Source: Octopus vulgaris (lineage: Eukaryota). Taken from it: a stretch of 64,000 nucleotides of DNA. This document shows positions 40,326 to 56,014 of the stretch, piece after piece. How positions within the stretch are numbered: the first letter of the stretch is position 1; each line of letters opens with the position of its first letter. Position numbers and translations under genes: made by a program. The stretch is from the NCBI GenBank assembly GCA_951406725.2, contig OX597822.1, positions 56,668,001-56,732,000 of the forward strand, read 5' to 3'. The notes under the pieces were generated by a model. That model saw only the letters and a program-made list of their open reading frames with translations, had not been told where the DNA came from and searched no databases.

Positions 40326-40710
40326 GGAGGCGCAATGGCCCAGTGGTTAGGGCAGTGGACTTGCGGTCATAGGATCGCAGTTTCGATTCCCAGACCGGGC
40401 GTTGTGAGTGTTTATTGAGCGAAAACACCTAAAAAAGCTCCACGAGGCTCCGGCAGGGATGGTGGTGATCCCTGCTGTACTCTTTCACCACAACTTTCTC
40501 TCACTATTACTTCCTGTTTCTGTTGTACCTGTATTTCAAGGGGCCGGCCTTGTCACTCTCTGAGTCACGCTGAATATCCCCGAGAACTACGTTACGGGTG
40601 CACGTGTCTGTGGAGTGCTCAGCCACTTACACGTTAATTTCACGAGCAGGCTGTTCCGTTGATTCGGATCAACCGGAACCCTCATCGTCGTAACCGACGG
40701 AGTGCTTCCA
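40326..40710 (+). mobile_element. Third tRNA-derived SINE family (resembles the octopus OK family, from memory)
   Basis: tRNA-like head GGCGCAATGGCCCAGTGGTTAGGGCAG...GTTTCGATTCCC followed by a roughly 300-nt body; a related fragment lies in reverse at about 13260-13370. Confidence 0.65.
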
Positions 40711-40825
40711 ATCACACACTCACACACACACACACCTACATATGTATTTGTGTTCCTGTATGAATGTATGTATGTATGTATGTATGTATGTATGTATGTA
40801 TGTACGTATGCATGTATTTATATAT

Positions 40826-41051
40826 ATTTCTTTACTACCCACAAGGGGCTAAACTTAGAGGGGACAAACAAGGACAGACAAAGAGATGAAGTCGATAACA
40901 TCGACCCCAGTGCGTAACTGGTACTTATTTAATCGACCCTGAAAGGATGAAAGGCAAAGTCGACCTTGGCGGCATTTGAACACAGAACGTAACGGCAGAC
41001 GAAATACGGCTACGCATTTCGCCCGGCGTGCTAACGTTCCTGTCAGCTCGC
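40826..41051 (-). mobile_element. Meta-domain-like SINE monomer
   Basis: Reverse complement of the first unit at 41364. Confidence 0.8.
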
Positions 41052-41363
41052 ATGTATTTATATATGTATGTATACATGTATGTATGTGTGTGTATGGTTG
41101 TTTGTGTGAGCGTTTCACCTTATTTTCTCTGGCCGTCATAATTTCATCTAACCAGTGATTGGCCCTTTAGAGGACTGTAAAAAACGAAGATAGTCTTCCC
41201 CAATTGCGGTAATGAATGAATGAGTAAATAAATAAATGAACAAATAAATAGACTAATCAACTGCCCAGTTTACTTATCTACAAATATGGCTATTCAAAAA
41301 TCCGAAACTAAAGGAAACTATATATACGGCAATGATGTATGGTTTAAAAGGTAGATTGTCTGG

Positions 41364-41956
41364 CAAGCTGGCAGAAACGTTACCACGCCAGGCGAAATGC
41401 GTAGCCGTATTTCGTCTGCCGTTACGTTCTGAGTTCAAATTCCGCCGAGGTCGACTTTGCCTTTCATCCTTTCGGGGTCGATTAAATAAGTACCATTTAC
41501 GCACTAGGGACGATGTAATCGACTTAATCCGTTTGTCTGTCCTTGTTTGTCCTCTCTGTGTTTAGCCCCTTGTGGGTAGTAAAGAGATAGGTATTTCCTC
41601 TGTCGCTACGTTCTGAGTTCAAATTCTGCCAAGGTCGACTTTGCCTTTCATCCTTTCGGGGTCGATTAAATAAGTACCAGTTACGCACTGGGGTCGATGT
41701 AATCGACTTAATCCGTTTGTCTGTCCTTGTTTGTCCCTTCTGTGTTTAGCCCCTTGTGGGTAGTAAAGAAATAGGTATTTCGTCTGCCGTTACGTTCTGA
41801 GTTCAAATTCCGCTGAGGTCGACTTTGCCTTTCATCCTTTCGGGGTCGATAAATTAAGTACCAGTTACGCACTGGGGACGATGTAATCGACTTAATCCGT
41901 TTGTCTGTCCTTGTTTGTCCTCTCTGTGTTTATCCCCTTGTAGGTAGTAAAGAAAT
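41364..41956 (+). mobile_element. Meta-domain-like SINE trimer with 15-bp target-site duplication
   Basis: One head plus three body/tail units of about 185 bp; AGGTAGATTGTCTGG at 41349-41363 and 41957-41971. Confidence 0.88.
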
Positions 41957-42596
41957 AGGTAGATTGTCTGGAGGCTTTTCCACTTTTTTCACAGATTTTA
42001 TTTTAATCTCGTTCACTATCGAGAAAATTATGTAACGAGTAAATGGTTTTAGTTACTGCCACCCAGTGATAAAAGTAGTTGTACTGTTTTACATGGTAAA
42101 ATGAAACCTGACCTAACGTTATATAAATGTCTATTATCAAAATACAATCCATGGATGAAAACAGTAGCAACAGTATCAGTGTTGTAAGTCAAAATGAGGA
42201 ATGAATATATATATATATGCGCAAATACATATAGTATGTATAGCATTTAAATTAAAGTTATCTGTTATGTGTGGCTATAAGTTTCACACTACACGATCTT
42301 ATCAAAAGAATGGGGAAAGATTTAGTTGTTAAAATTACAAAAAAAATATGGGTTATATTAAAATAACCTATAAACTCCAACAGCTGACTAAATATCTCAT
42401 TTATTTGTTAAGCTCATATAGAGTGAAGCATATGGCCAGCTGTAACGAATCATTCTTATTTTAATATAACGTAATGTAATATAAAGTAGTACATAATATT
42501 CTTCTCAACATACAACCTCATTCCGTGTCCTTTATTATTGACTTCTAGTTCTAAATTTTACACACATACCGACATTCACACACTCACACACACACA

Positions 42597-42687
<91 letters not shown>

Positions 42688-42991
42688 TCAGATACATTGT
42701 GCATGTGTGGATGTATAATATCTATGTATGGATATACATGATGGCTGCCACTCGTTGATGAGTATGGCCATCACTGACAAATTATCCTATCCTAGATGTT
42801 GAAGATAATGTCTGTTAACAATGTCAGTTATACCTTGCGCAACACCGCTTAAATTCCCCTGTAAAGTCAAGTACTCCAGAAGCAAGCAAGAAGTATTCAC
42901 ATCTCAGAGCAGCTAGCCTCTATGACTGTACATGACTCTTCATTACTGTCAGATAACTATATCAGACACGTTATGTTCGCAATCGATGGGT

Positions 42992-43084
<93 letters not shown>

Positions 43085-43361
43085 ATAATTGTTTAAAATG
43101 CTTTCTATAACATCAGTCTCCACATTTGGTATTAAATTATTCTAAAGTAAACTTTGCTTTCTAACACGCCTTGTGATGAGGCTACTATTTATCTATCATA
43201 TTCTCCAAACACGTTTTTACTGTGATATAAGTCTGACATTCGAAGTTAACTGAAAATTAAGCTACATTGACATGAAGACAACCAAATTGGTTCTTATAAT
43301 AAACTTCTGTTTCTTTTTCTTTTTTCTTCAGAGTTTCGTCATCATTTGAACCATTCATATC

Positions 43362-44851
43362 ATGGAAGGACTGAAATATATTTTCATAATTTTTCTGTTA
43401 AAAATTTACGTCCATGCAGAAGACCCGATTATTCAAACTAATAAAGGTAAGATTAAAGGATCAACAGTTTTAATTCAAGGTGTTGAAGTTGATGTCTTTC
43501 TTGGAATACCATTTGCTCGACCTCCCGTTGGTAATCTAAGATTTAGACATCCTCAACCAGCTAGACCATGGTCTGGTGTGAAAGAAACAAAGAAATATGT
43601 TTCGTCGTGTGTACAAGTTAAAGACACTACATTCGGGGACTTTGAAGGTGCAGAAATGTGGAATCCAAATACTGTTATGAGCGAAGATTGTCTTTATTTG
43701 AACATTTGGGCGCCATCAGAAGCAAGAAAGTCTCGTTCACAGTTAGCTACCATGATTTGGATATTTGGAGGTGCATTTATGTCTGGATCAAGCACGCTGG
43801 ATATATATGATGGACGATGGTTAGCTGCTAGTGAAAATGTCATCGTTGCATCACTAAATTATAGATTAGGACCATTTGGCTTCCTTTCCTTGAATAACGT
43901 ACGTGCTCCCGGTAACATGGGATTATTAGATCAAACCCTTGCTATACAATGGATTCGTGATAACATTTTATCGTTCGGTGGCGATCCTAAAAAACTGACA
44001 CTATTTGGAGAAAGTGCTGGTTCTGGATCAGTTAGTCTGCACGTCGTTTCCCCACTTTCTCAGAGGCTTTTCAGGAATGCTATTATGATGAGTGGTTCGG
44101 CAACAGCAACGTGGGCAACTGTGCCTGTAGAGAAAAACATTGAAAGAGCGAAAGTGATGGCTGATTTCCTTAAGTGTCCAACCGAGAATACTACATCGAT
44201 GATAGATTGCTTTCTAGAAGCTGATGCTCATAAACTTGCAAACGCGCAGTTTCATAATTTAGATAGTTTCCTACCTTATACTTTAAGCCCTATTGTTGAC
44301 GGCGCTTTCTTGACACAGAAACCAATAGAATCTCTGAAAAATGAACCACAGAAAAAGGATGTGTTACTTGGCTATGTCACAAACGAAGGAACCTATTTTC
44401 TTATCTATGATCTACCGAAATATTTCTCCTTGAAAGGAACTGTTCCGATAAACAAATCTACCGCAGGCAAATTGATTAATAAGGTAATCGCACCGTTACG
44501 TGCAAATTCTGTGCAGTTGGATTTAATATCTTATCTTTATGGTTCTCATGTCTACGGCTCTTCTGAAACTGACAAATACAGATACATATTGGACCAAGCA
44601 TCAGGAGATGTCAAATTTAAATGTCCTGTTATCGAATTTGCCCAGGAATACAGCAAACATGCCAAAGTTTATATGTATTCTTTCGAATTTCGATCGAGAT
44701 TAAATCCTTGGCCGGAATGGGCCGGTGTGATGCATGGGTATGAGATTGAATTCCTATTTGCTCAAACGTTATCTGGAAAAAATTATTCAAAAGAAGGAAA
44801 TTTAGTAACAAAAAGGACGACAAGTCTTTTTGCAAACTTTTCTAAGTCGGG
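43362..44851 (+). CDS. ache: Acetylcholinesterase-like cholinesterase, first and major coding exon (protein incomplete at the C-terminus)
   Basis: Signal-peptide-like N-terminus, FLGIPFA, EMWNPN (W84), SEDCLYLNIW, FGESAG (Ser codon 44013-15), NEGTYF (Glu), GVMHGYEI (His). Polypyrimidine/AG acceptor at 43330-31; GTAAGT donor at 44852 after ANFSKSG. Orthology to canonical ache is not established. Confidence 0.93.
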
Positions 44852-45187
44852 GTAAGTTTACTTTGCTTTGTTATATTATTGTCTTTCATTTGTTTTAAAT
44901 TCTTATTCTCCCGATCTTATTCCATCTACAAAAGAATGCACATTCATTCACTGCAAACATGTGCCGTCTTTATATACACACCATGTACTCACATATACAT
45001 ACACTCACAAACTCACATGTACCACCATCCCACAAAATCCTACGCATATACAGACATTATTATGATAATGTAAAGTAATTCATTTGGAAATTAATGTATA
45101 AATGATTTATTTTAACAATATGTGTGTATTCTTTTATTCTTTTATACGTTTCAGCCCTACGGCAAAAGCCATGCTGAGGCATCACAG

Positions 45188-45276
<89 letters not shown>

Positions 45277-45564
45277 TGTGCGTGTGCGTGTGCGTGTGTG
45301 TGTTGTACCTGTGTGTGTGTGTAGAAGATTGAAAAGGAACACACGAGTTGATATGTATGAGGAAAATAAGTTTTATTATGAAGAACATTTTAGTAACGGT
45401 TCCAGTTAGAACCCACAGATGTAAAAAAAGAGAGAGAAAGAGAGAGAGAGGCAGAAAAACGAAAATGTCCCTCGCATTTGAAAATATGGAAATATATTTT
45501 TAAAAAAACATTTCATTTAATTTCATTTAATTTTTCCACAATTTAATTGTTTTTCATACTTTAC

Positions 45565-45606
45565 TCTAAGTTGAAAAAGTCGCAATGACTGAAACCGGTA
45601 CTAAGA
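45565..45606 (+). ncRNA. Minimal hammerhead ribozyme, U3:A8 core variant, sense in the cholinesterase intron
   Basis: UCUAAG-UUGAAAA-AGUC(GCAAU)GACU-GAAAC-CG-GUA-CUAAGA; palindromic stem III (ACCGGU); one A.A mismatch in stem I; (TA)n about 50 nt downstream. Confidence 0.7.
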
Positions 45607-45653
45607 TGTTCTTGATAAAATCATTTTAGTATTATCTGCCTTGTCTTATTTTC

Positions 45654-45725
<72 letters not shown>

Positions 45726-46813
45726 GGATGTATGTGATTTTGGATCTTATAATTAAACGAAGTAATTTAACTTATGAAAAAACAATAACTATAGAATGTG
45801 TACAGTATTTCCTGTTTAGTGCTTGTATGACCTTCTCATCACCTAAAGTTATCGTTTCCAAAATATCTGTCACATTGTACGTATACACCAAACACAGCAG
45901 TTTGCTTAATTTACACGAAGATGTCACTACTTACGAGAAATCCATGCCAGAAATACGTTATAAATATCTGCGTATATAAGTTGTCCATATCTCACAGAAC
46001 AGTTTGAATACAAATAAAAGTAGAAATCTGTGACGACTGGTGGAAATAACTTTTAAATAGAGAAACATTATTCTTGGAGACATTCAATAAAGTTCTATAA
46101 AGGTCCCTGAGTGAATTAAAATCCAAAATATTTTTTTTTCTTTCTCCACGCTTGCAACACAAAATTATCACAGCAAAATTGTAGCATGTCTCAAAGTAAA
46201 ATAAGCAGGAATTTGACAAATAATAAAGAACTGCTCTGATAATAAATTGCAGAAAGTAGCAACCTAGCTAAAGAAGAATGTCAGTTTCAAATTTTTGACA
46301 CAAGGCGTACAGTTTCGGGGCAGAAGTTAAGTCGGTTACATTACCCCTGTGATGAACTGGTACTGATTTTATAGACCCCGATAAGATGAATGGGAAAGTC
46401 AACATCGGTGTAAATCTTCAGAATGTAAAGATGAACGAAATATTGCTGAGAATTTTGCCGGGCGAGTTAACGATTCTACGAGCCCACCGCCGAGCTCAAC
46501 TTTGCCTTTCATCCTTTCGGGGTTGATAAATTAAGTACCAGCGAAAGACAGTGGTCGATGTAATCGACTAGTCTCCTCCCACCAAATTTCAGGTATTGTG
46601 CCTTTAAAAAGGTAGGCACACAAGCTGGAACTATGGTTAGCACGCAGGACGAAATGCATAGCAGTATTTCGCCCGTTGCTACTCTCAGAGTTCAAATTCT
46701 GCCGGGGTTGACTTTGCCTTTCATCCTTTCGAGGCCGATGAATTAAGTACCAGTGAAACACTGGAGTCGATGTAATCGACTGGTTGTTTATTATTATTAT
46801 TATTATTATTATT

Positions 46814-47324
46814 CAGTAGTTTTATTTTTATAGTGTGCTTTCACTTCACTACCGAACGCAGCTCTGTGTACCTTGGGTATGTGTTGTGATTCGTTGTGAT
46901 GCTCAGATGGTTATTGTATGGAAAGTGTTCTGCGTAGGATGTGTGCAGTGCCTAGTAGTGCAATTTTCTGTATGTTATATGTGTTTGTAAGTCCTGGTGT
47001 TTTTGTTATGTATTTGTCTGAATATGTTTTTATCATGTCTAATGCACCTACTATGATAGGAATTGTTTATGTTTTCAGATTCCACATTCTGGTTACCTCT
47101 ATTTCCAGGTCTTTGTATTTTGAGAGTTTCTCCATTTCTTTTAGAGAGACGTTGTCATCAGCCGGTATTGATACATCAATTAGAAAGCATTTTTTTTCTT
47201 CATGATCTCTGACAACTATATCTGGCCTGTTGGCCTTAATTTCTCTATCTGTGTGTATCGGCATATCCCAGAGTAGGGTTGCTTTTTCGTTTTCTGTGAC
47301 CTTTTCTGGTGTGTACCTATACCA

Positions 47325-47325
<1 letters not shown>
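46814..47325 (-). mobile_element. R4/Dong-type 3' fragment (subfamily B)
   Basis: Highly similar to 31209-31715; (TAA)n on both sides. Confidence 0.88.
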
Positions 47326-47394
<69 letters not shown>

Positions 47395-47416
47395 GTTATC
47401 ATCATCATCATCATCA

Positions 47417-48830
<1,414 letters not shown>

Positions 48831-49333
48831 TTGTTGTCGTTGAGTGACAGCGATGTATGCCATCAAAGTGATACTGGGATGCAAATATACAAAGCCCAAT
48901 ATACCCATCATGACTACTCGTCTGATGAGGGTACACCAGGTACATGCATCACAACCATATGTGCGAAACATGGTAAACTTGTATCAAGATAAACAACGCA
49001 TGCCCTTGCTCGTGGGGCCATACTAGGAATTTTCTCAGGTTGAGTAACCCATCCCACTCAAAAGGTCTCTGAATAAGAGTTGTTTAAGGATGATGAACGA
49101 AAGACCCATGCTTCCAGAAGTGAATTATTCAACCCCCCCAAAAAAATTCCTCTCAACACATGAGTATGATGCTTCCTCACTACCCCTGCTGCTGATCAAA
49201 GATGCACATATCGTCAATAACTAAGGGACACGTTCAACTGGTTAAGGTCAAACAGCTAACAAACAAATCTGCGGTTTTGAGCAGGATATTTGTTGTATCC
49301 CATCTTTTATTATCATTATTATTATTAGTAGTA

Positions 49334-49451
<118 letters not shown>

Positions 49452-49470
49452 CAGCAGCAGCAGCAGCAGC

Positions 49471-49532
<62 letters not shown>

Positions 49533-49539
49533 CAGCATT

Positions 49540-50855
49540 TACTTTTAATCTGCATCTTTGTTACAGTCACTTGCCGAAACATCCCCAACGTCCTGGGGCA
49601 AGTGAAAGATAAGAGATGTTATGATGTGACTGAAAGCTTGAGAAGGTAGTGAAATATCTTCATGTAGTACAACACATACATTTAAATGGGCAGGGTTTTT
49701 CTAAGGATGTGGGCAGCACTTGTCAGCACAATCTTTTGGATTTCTCTGAGACATGGTTCTCCTGGGATCTTATCTAGATGTCTCTAACAGGAACAGTTCT
49801 CGTTTTAAGATGCTGCATCTTTTGTATTTCAATTTCCAGGTCCTTATATTTACTTAGTTTGTCAAATTCCTTGACACATGTTTTTATCAGTAGGAACTTG
49901 TATTAGTCTACAAGTATTTTCTTCCCAGTATTTGATAATTAAGTCTGGTTGATTAGCCTGGATGGTTCTGTCAGTGTTGACTGGAAAATCCCAGAGGATA
50001 GTGACACTTTTACCTTCAACGACTGGCTCAGGATGATGTACGTACCAGTAAGTAGGAGTACTGCTTTTGTATTGTTTACATATTTTCCAATGTAAATACT
50101 GTCCTACTTAATCGTGGCGATTTTTATATTCGTTTGGTGTCAGCACAGGACATCCCGAGACGAGATGGTCTATTGTTTCGTCAAATGTTTTGTAGAACCT
50201 GCATTTAGGGTCAGAACAATTTTGAAGAACGTTAACCTGGTAGTTTTTTGTGAGCATGCTTTGGTCTTGTGCCACCAATATGAAACCTTCAGTTTCTGCT
50301 TTCAGTCCTGAGCTTCTCAGCCACTAGTGTGTTGTTCCTTGATCTACATAAGCATTTCGACTTCGAAGTATATACTATCCATGCAGAGATTTCTGGCTCC
50401 ATCGTCCCACAATTTGTTTCTGCCCGTTCTTTTTTGCAGTCTGCTTGATCCATTTTGCTTGCTTTGTGTCAGTGGTTTCAGGTTCTTCAACTATTACAGA
50501 GTTAATGCCAAGTTCCCTTGTGAATTTGCAAGCTTCCTTGACAATCGAATGACATTTTGCTGCTTTCGTGTTTGCACACATGTTGCAGCGTCCAGTCTTC
50601 TGTACTAGATAAGTACCTGTTCATTGCTATTGTGAAGATCTTATAGCACAGTTCTACTTGCATCATTCCTCTTCCTCCATTACTTCTAAGTAGGTACAAA
50701 ATTCAACATCTGCTTTTGGGTAGTACATGTTCTAACAAGTAAGCATTTTTCTTGTTTTCCTGCCCAGGCGTTAGAGCTCTATAAGATTCCAGTTAATGAT
50801 GTTGAAACTATATTGGACTACCGAAAGCTCCAGGATGTTAATGGCCTCGATGCGA
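49540..50855 (-). mobile_element. R4/Dong-type 3' fragment (another subfamily), decayed
   Basis: YLLRSNGGRGM, WSQKSLHG, knuckle and ILWDFPV..PDLII remnants; (TAG)n/(TAA)n flanks. Confidence 0.8.
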
Positions 50856-50897
50856 TTTATTATTATTATTATTATTATTAATAATATTATTATTATT

Positions 50898-50968
<71 letters not shown>

Positions 50969-51096
50969 GAAGACGAAGGAGGAGGAGGAGGAGAAGAAGA
51001 AGAAGAAGAAGAAGAAGAAGAAGAAGAAGAAGAAGAAGAAGAAGAAGAAGAAGAAGAAGAAGAAGAAGAAGAAGAAGAAGAAGAAGAAGAAGAAGA

Positions 51097-51480
51097 ATAT
51101 TGCTCCACTGTGGGACCACAGGATGAATAGAATGAAATTGAGAAAGGGGAGAAATATGAGGTGCTGAAGTGGGAAATCCGGAAACTAACGGGGAATCACG
51201 CACATAGATGTGGCACCGGTTGTGGTTAGTGCACTGGGAGAAGTTACCAAAAATCCGGATGCATGACTTGAGAAGCTAGGAAGTACCATCAGAACGGAAC
51301 TGTTGCAGAAAAACAGCAATGTTAGGAACGGCAAGGATTCTAAAGAGGGTGTTTGAAAGTTGAAGGAGAAGGAATAACCCGAAGACGTTTGACCATTGGA
51401 TATGACTTGCTCTTTTGGGATGGTGTCGGAATAACATCTGCCAGAGCAAAAGGGTCAATGAAAATAAAATTTTTAAAACT
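51097..51480 (+). mobile_element. REL retrotransposon C-terminal fragment, plus strand
   Basis: EKYEVLKWEIRKL..PVVVSALG..LQKTAMLGTARILKRVF remnants following (AAG)n. Confidence 0.65.
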
Positions 51481-52213
51481 GACAAAAGGCAATGTCTTCA
51501 ACATGGTGTTATGATTCATTAAATGAATAAATAATATATATTATTCTTCAAAATATACAGTCATTTTTTTAATTAATTCATCTCGAAGAAAAATTAATTT
51601 GCGCACATACTTACGCAAGCTACACAGATGCACGCTTAAATGCACGCACATCATCATCGTCGTCATTTTTATAACTATCGGCAGCAATACAAAAAAAAAC
51701 ATCACGTAAATTCATATAGATATGTGTGCAAATGTGTGTGCATTGTGTGCGTGGGTGAGGAAGAGAGAGAAAGAGGGATAGAGGAAGGGAGAAAGAGAGT
51801 TTACGTACATATAAATATATATGGGTTCTTGTGTGTGTGTGTATGTGGGGAATGTTTATATTGCCATTATTTAAAGTTTTGCGCCGACTCGACGTTCGCC
51901 AGATGGCATTTTGAACTCACATAAACACACGTTTACATATATACACATACACACACACACACATATATATATGCACGTACACAACACATACACCTACGTG
52001 CATATATACACACATAAAAACAAACACACATGTATACATAATACAAACAATCGTAAAATATATAAGGACATGTGTCTATGTATATGTGTATATATATAAA
52101 TACATTGTACCCATAAAGTTGGTTTACAATGATGTAACTTAACACAATACGTAGACTAGCCCAACAAAAAGAAAAACAAAAGCAAATGGATGAGTGTTTG
52201 TGTATGAGTATGA

Positions 52214-52286
<73 letters not shown>

Positions 52287-52463
52287 CGTCCATAAGTATA
52301 AATTTACATAAACAATAGCGTTATAGATTTATGACCGTGCCTGGATTTTGAACTTTTCAGAAGTAGTTCTTAGTGACTTTGCGTCTTAAACACGTTAAAC
52401 ACTTTCTTTTTGATACATGCATACGTATATATGTCTGTATTAATGTATGCACGTGTGTATGTA

Positions 52464-52546
<83 letters not shown>

Positions 52547-52804
52547 TTATTTATTTATTTATTTAGCCACAGAAACTGTATCAGTACCCAAAGGCAACAT
52601 TTATATCCAACTTAAACGGGAAGGCCTTGTTAGAACACTGGCTACTGCGGTATTAGCCTTGAGAGGTCCCTTCATATAGATGCATTGTGCGGAAAAGTAC
52701 ACACACACATACATACATGCATATGTGCGTGTGTGCGTTTGTATGTGTGTGTGCGTGTGTGTGCTTGTGTATGTATGTATATACACACACATATATATAT
52801 ATAC

Positions 52805-52849
<45 letters not shown>

Positions 52850-53805
52850 TATATATATATTCATATATATATATATTCATATATATATTCACATATATAT
52901 GTATTTACATATATATATATATACACATACATATATATTCATTGACGGATTATCTCTTCAAAATTTAATATTTTAAACCAGCGTATCTTGGATAAATATC
53001 CCTATATCAGGTTTGAATGTCCACATTGTGATTATATATATATATATATAACACTTGCCCAAGGTACCACGCAGTGGGACTGAACCCGGAATCGTGTGGT
53101 TGGTAAGCTAGCTACTTACCACACAGGCACTCCTGCGCCTATATATAATGAGTTCGTTTAGTATTTGCAATGATGGTACTGTGTTACTAAGCTGTCAACA
53201 CTTGATGTATGAAGGTTTCTTGAAGTATTGTTTTGCGACACTTGATGTATGGTTTCTTGAAGTATTGTTATGCGGGGTAAGAGAACCTGTCTCTCGCTGG
53301 AATGGTAATGACGGCTGTTTTGTAGTTAAATAAAGGTGAACAAGTAGTAATATAAGGATGTATGTAAAGCAAGATAAGAGTTTAAGTGCAGCAAGATACA
53401 AGACTGGAAGTGTAGTAACGTAAAAATGGATGTGAACGATGGCTTCACCTATATAGGTAAATGTTTGCCTGGTAAGAAGAAATAACAAGTAGGTCATGCC
53501 TTTAGGGAAGAAATAGTGTAGGAGTTATAACAGAATATTGCCGTTGCATCAGAGTCAGTAGAATTTTGTTGTTGTTGTTACATTGTTAACATCACTGCTG
53601 CTGCCGCTACATTGTGGTTTTCTCTCTTGTTTCCCTTTCATAAGGTTATCGTCTGTCTGTTGTAATTCCCTTGTGTATTGCATTTGTTTGCTAGTTTTGT
53701 TTCTGTCTTTCTGCAATTGCTTATCCTCTACACCATCTCTCTAAAACTCCTCTCCCCATCTTTATCTTCCTCTCTCTCCCTTTCTCTTTCTCTCTCTTTC
53801 TCTCT

Positions 53806-53888
<83 letters not shown>

Positions 53889-54990
53889 TGTCTGTTTGTG
53901 TAACTCATATATTGAAACAAATTCTTGATATCTCATCTGGAATTCTTTACCTTCATCAACGTTGCGTTCCATTTTCAGCACTCTTACCTTGTGCTTTATT
54001 TCTACTTCCAACTAGTATTTAAAACGAGAAAGACCAAAGACAAACAAATTTAAAGTATTTATTCTTATTCTCTTCCATTTTGTATTCCACTTCTGCCCGA
54101 GACATCTCAGCATTTCATGCACCAGGAGTCGATATAACATACGTATCAAACGAACATGCTACTACAAAACCAGCCTATTCCCTTTACATTTGAGGACGTA
54201 TGACTATACTTCAAAGAAATGCTTTTTTTTTTCTTTCATATTTGCCACCATTAAATACTGATTGCACCATACGCACACATATATAATATAGCTAGCTATC
54301 AGGATAGACAGACAGAAAGACGTAGGTGCTGGCCTGACTGTGTGGTTTAAGAAACTCGCTTTGCTATCACGTGGTTCCGGTTTTATTATCATTGCGCGGC
54401 AATGATAATGAAACCAGATAGAGGCCGATAGAATAAGTACAGGACTTGAAAAGAAAGCTGAGGTCCATTTGTTCAACTAAATACTACTAGGTTGTACCCC
54501 AGCGTGGTTGCAGTCCAATGAATGAAACTAGCGAAATTTGAAGATGAAACATGAGAAAACATATGAACACACGCAATCGGCAGAATTGTTGGAGTGTTGG
54601 ACAAAATGGCACGCCGCATTTCTTGCAGCATGACATTTTGCCCGACGCTGTTATGGTCTTTGCATACGATAACATCCTCGGTATTTCATTTTGGTTCATT
54701 TTTAATGTTACCAAAAATCTTTTAATTATTTTGATCCGATGCTGTCTTTTGAATAGTGTAAAACAGATGGGACAATACACTTCAAGCTGGAAATGTCTCT
54801 TGAGCCTTTGACTAAACTTCTTCCGCTTGGAAAGATTAGTTACTTATGAAACAATGCAGTAACACTTAGGCAGTTAATAGTTCTTAATTTAGAACAATAT
54901 ACCTACTCTATTTCTTTTGCTCTGACCTAGAAAGCCTCCTTTCAGAGACGATACACGTGTGCGTGAGTATGTGCTTATGTACGTATGTAC

Positions 54991-55042
<52 letters not shown>

Positions 55043-55133
55043 GGATGGATGGATGGATGTATATATGTGTGTATGCATGTATATGTACACACACATATAC
55101 ACACATATATTGATACACGCACACACACAAGAG

Positions 55134-55164
<31 letters not shown>

Positions 55165-55558
55165 GTATACTATCAATTCATATATACGTGTATATGTACT
55201 TATACATACATAAATATATACATATATGCATGCACATACATACTCATGCATATAAATATATATGAAATTGAAGTCAAGGCTATTTGCCAACATTTTGTGG
55301 CTGTCCTGGAAGGGACGTTTGCTACTGTTGTTTAGCCCCAGGTAACATCGTTTCCAGTTGGCTATATAGCACAATATCTGTGTCCTAATATTTTCGAACA
55401 GGGAGTCCAGCACCCGCCATCCAGCACAAAACAACATCTGTGGACCGGTTTCTGGAGCATTGCCCTTTATCAACACAGAGTCGCTGCTTGGCTAGGTGGC
55501 TTTGCTAAATTCATCCTATACATATATATAAGCATACAAAATGAGTTTTGTGTGGATA

Positions 55559-55681
<123 letters not shown>

Positions 55682-55968
55682 GTGTGTGTTTGTGTGTTTA
55701 GTGTTCATATCCTCGTCCGTAAAAGTTAATTTTGTTTCAAGTTTTGTGGGCTAATTTCTTAAAATCTTCTTCGACTTTAATTTACCTTTTATGCTTCTCT
55801 TTCAAAAACTTCCTAATGTTTATTTTTCACTAACTTCATACGATCGGAAGCGAGAAACTCGGAGTAACAACAACTCTGCAATCTCTATTTCCAATGAAAT
55901 ATGATACACAGCTTTAATTTTGCTATTGAGTAGACGCTTTTTTTCCCTTCCTGTTTTACACTTACACA

Positions 55969-56014
<46 letters not shown>

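Noticed and set aside
40326-40400. Possible tRNA gene
   Set aside because: No proper acceptor stem or Pol III terminator; it continues into a SINE body.
41364-41956. Regularly spaced repeats resembling a CRISPR array
   Set aside because: Whole-unit tandem SINE copies with no unique spacers; eukaryotic context.
43362-44855. Treating the 497-aa ORF as a complete intronless gene
   Set aside because: The stop lies inside a consensus GTAAGT donor, and the conserved C-terminal part of the fold is missing.
48915-48980. CTGATGA...GAAACATGGTA within an unclassified repeat (48840-49310)
   Set aside because: Stem I cannot form; likely a chance match.
53195-53497. ORF containing YIGE, a possible GIY-YIG remnant
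   Set aside because: A single short motif with no other endonuclease residues recognisable by eye.
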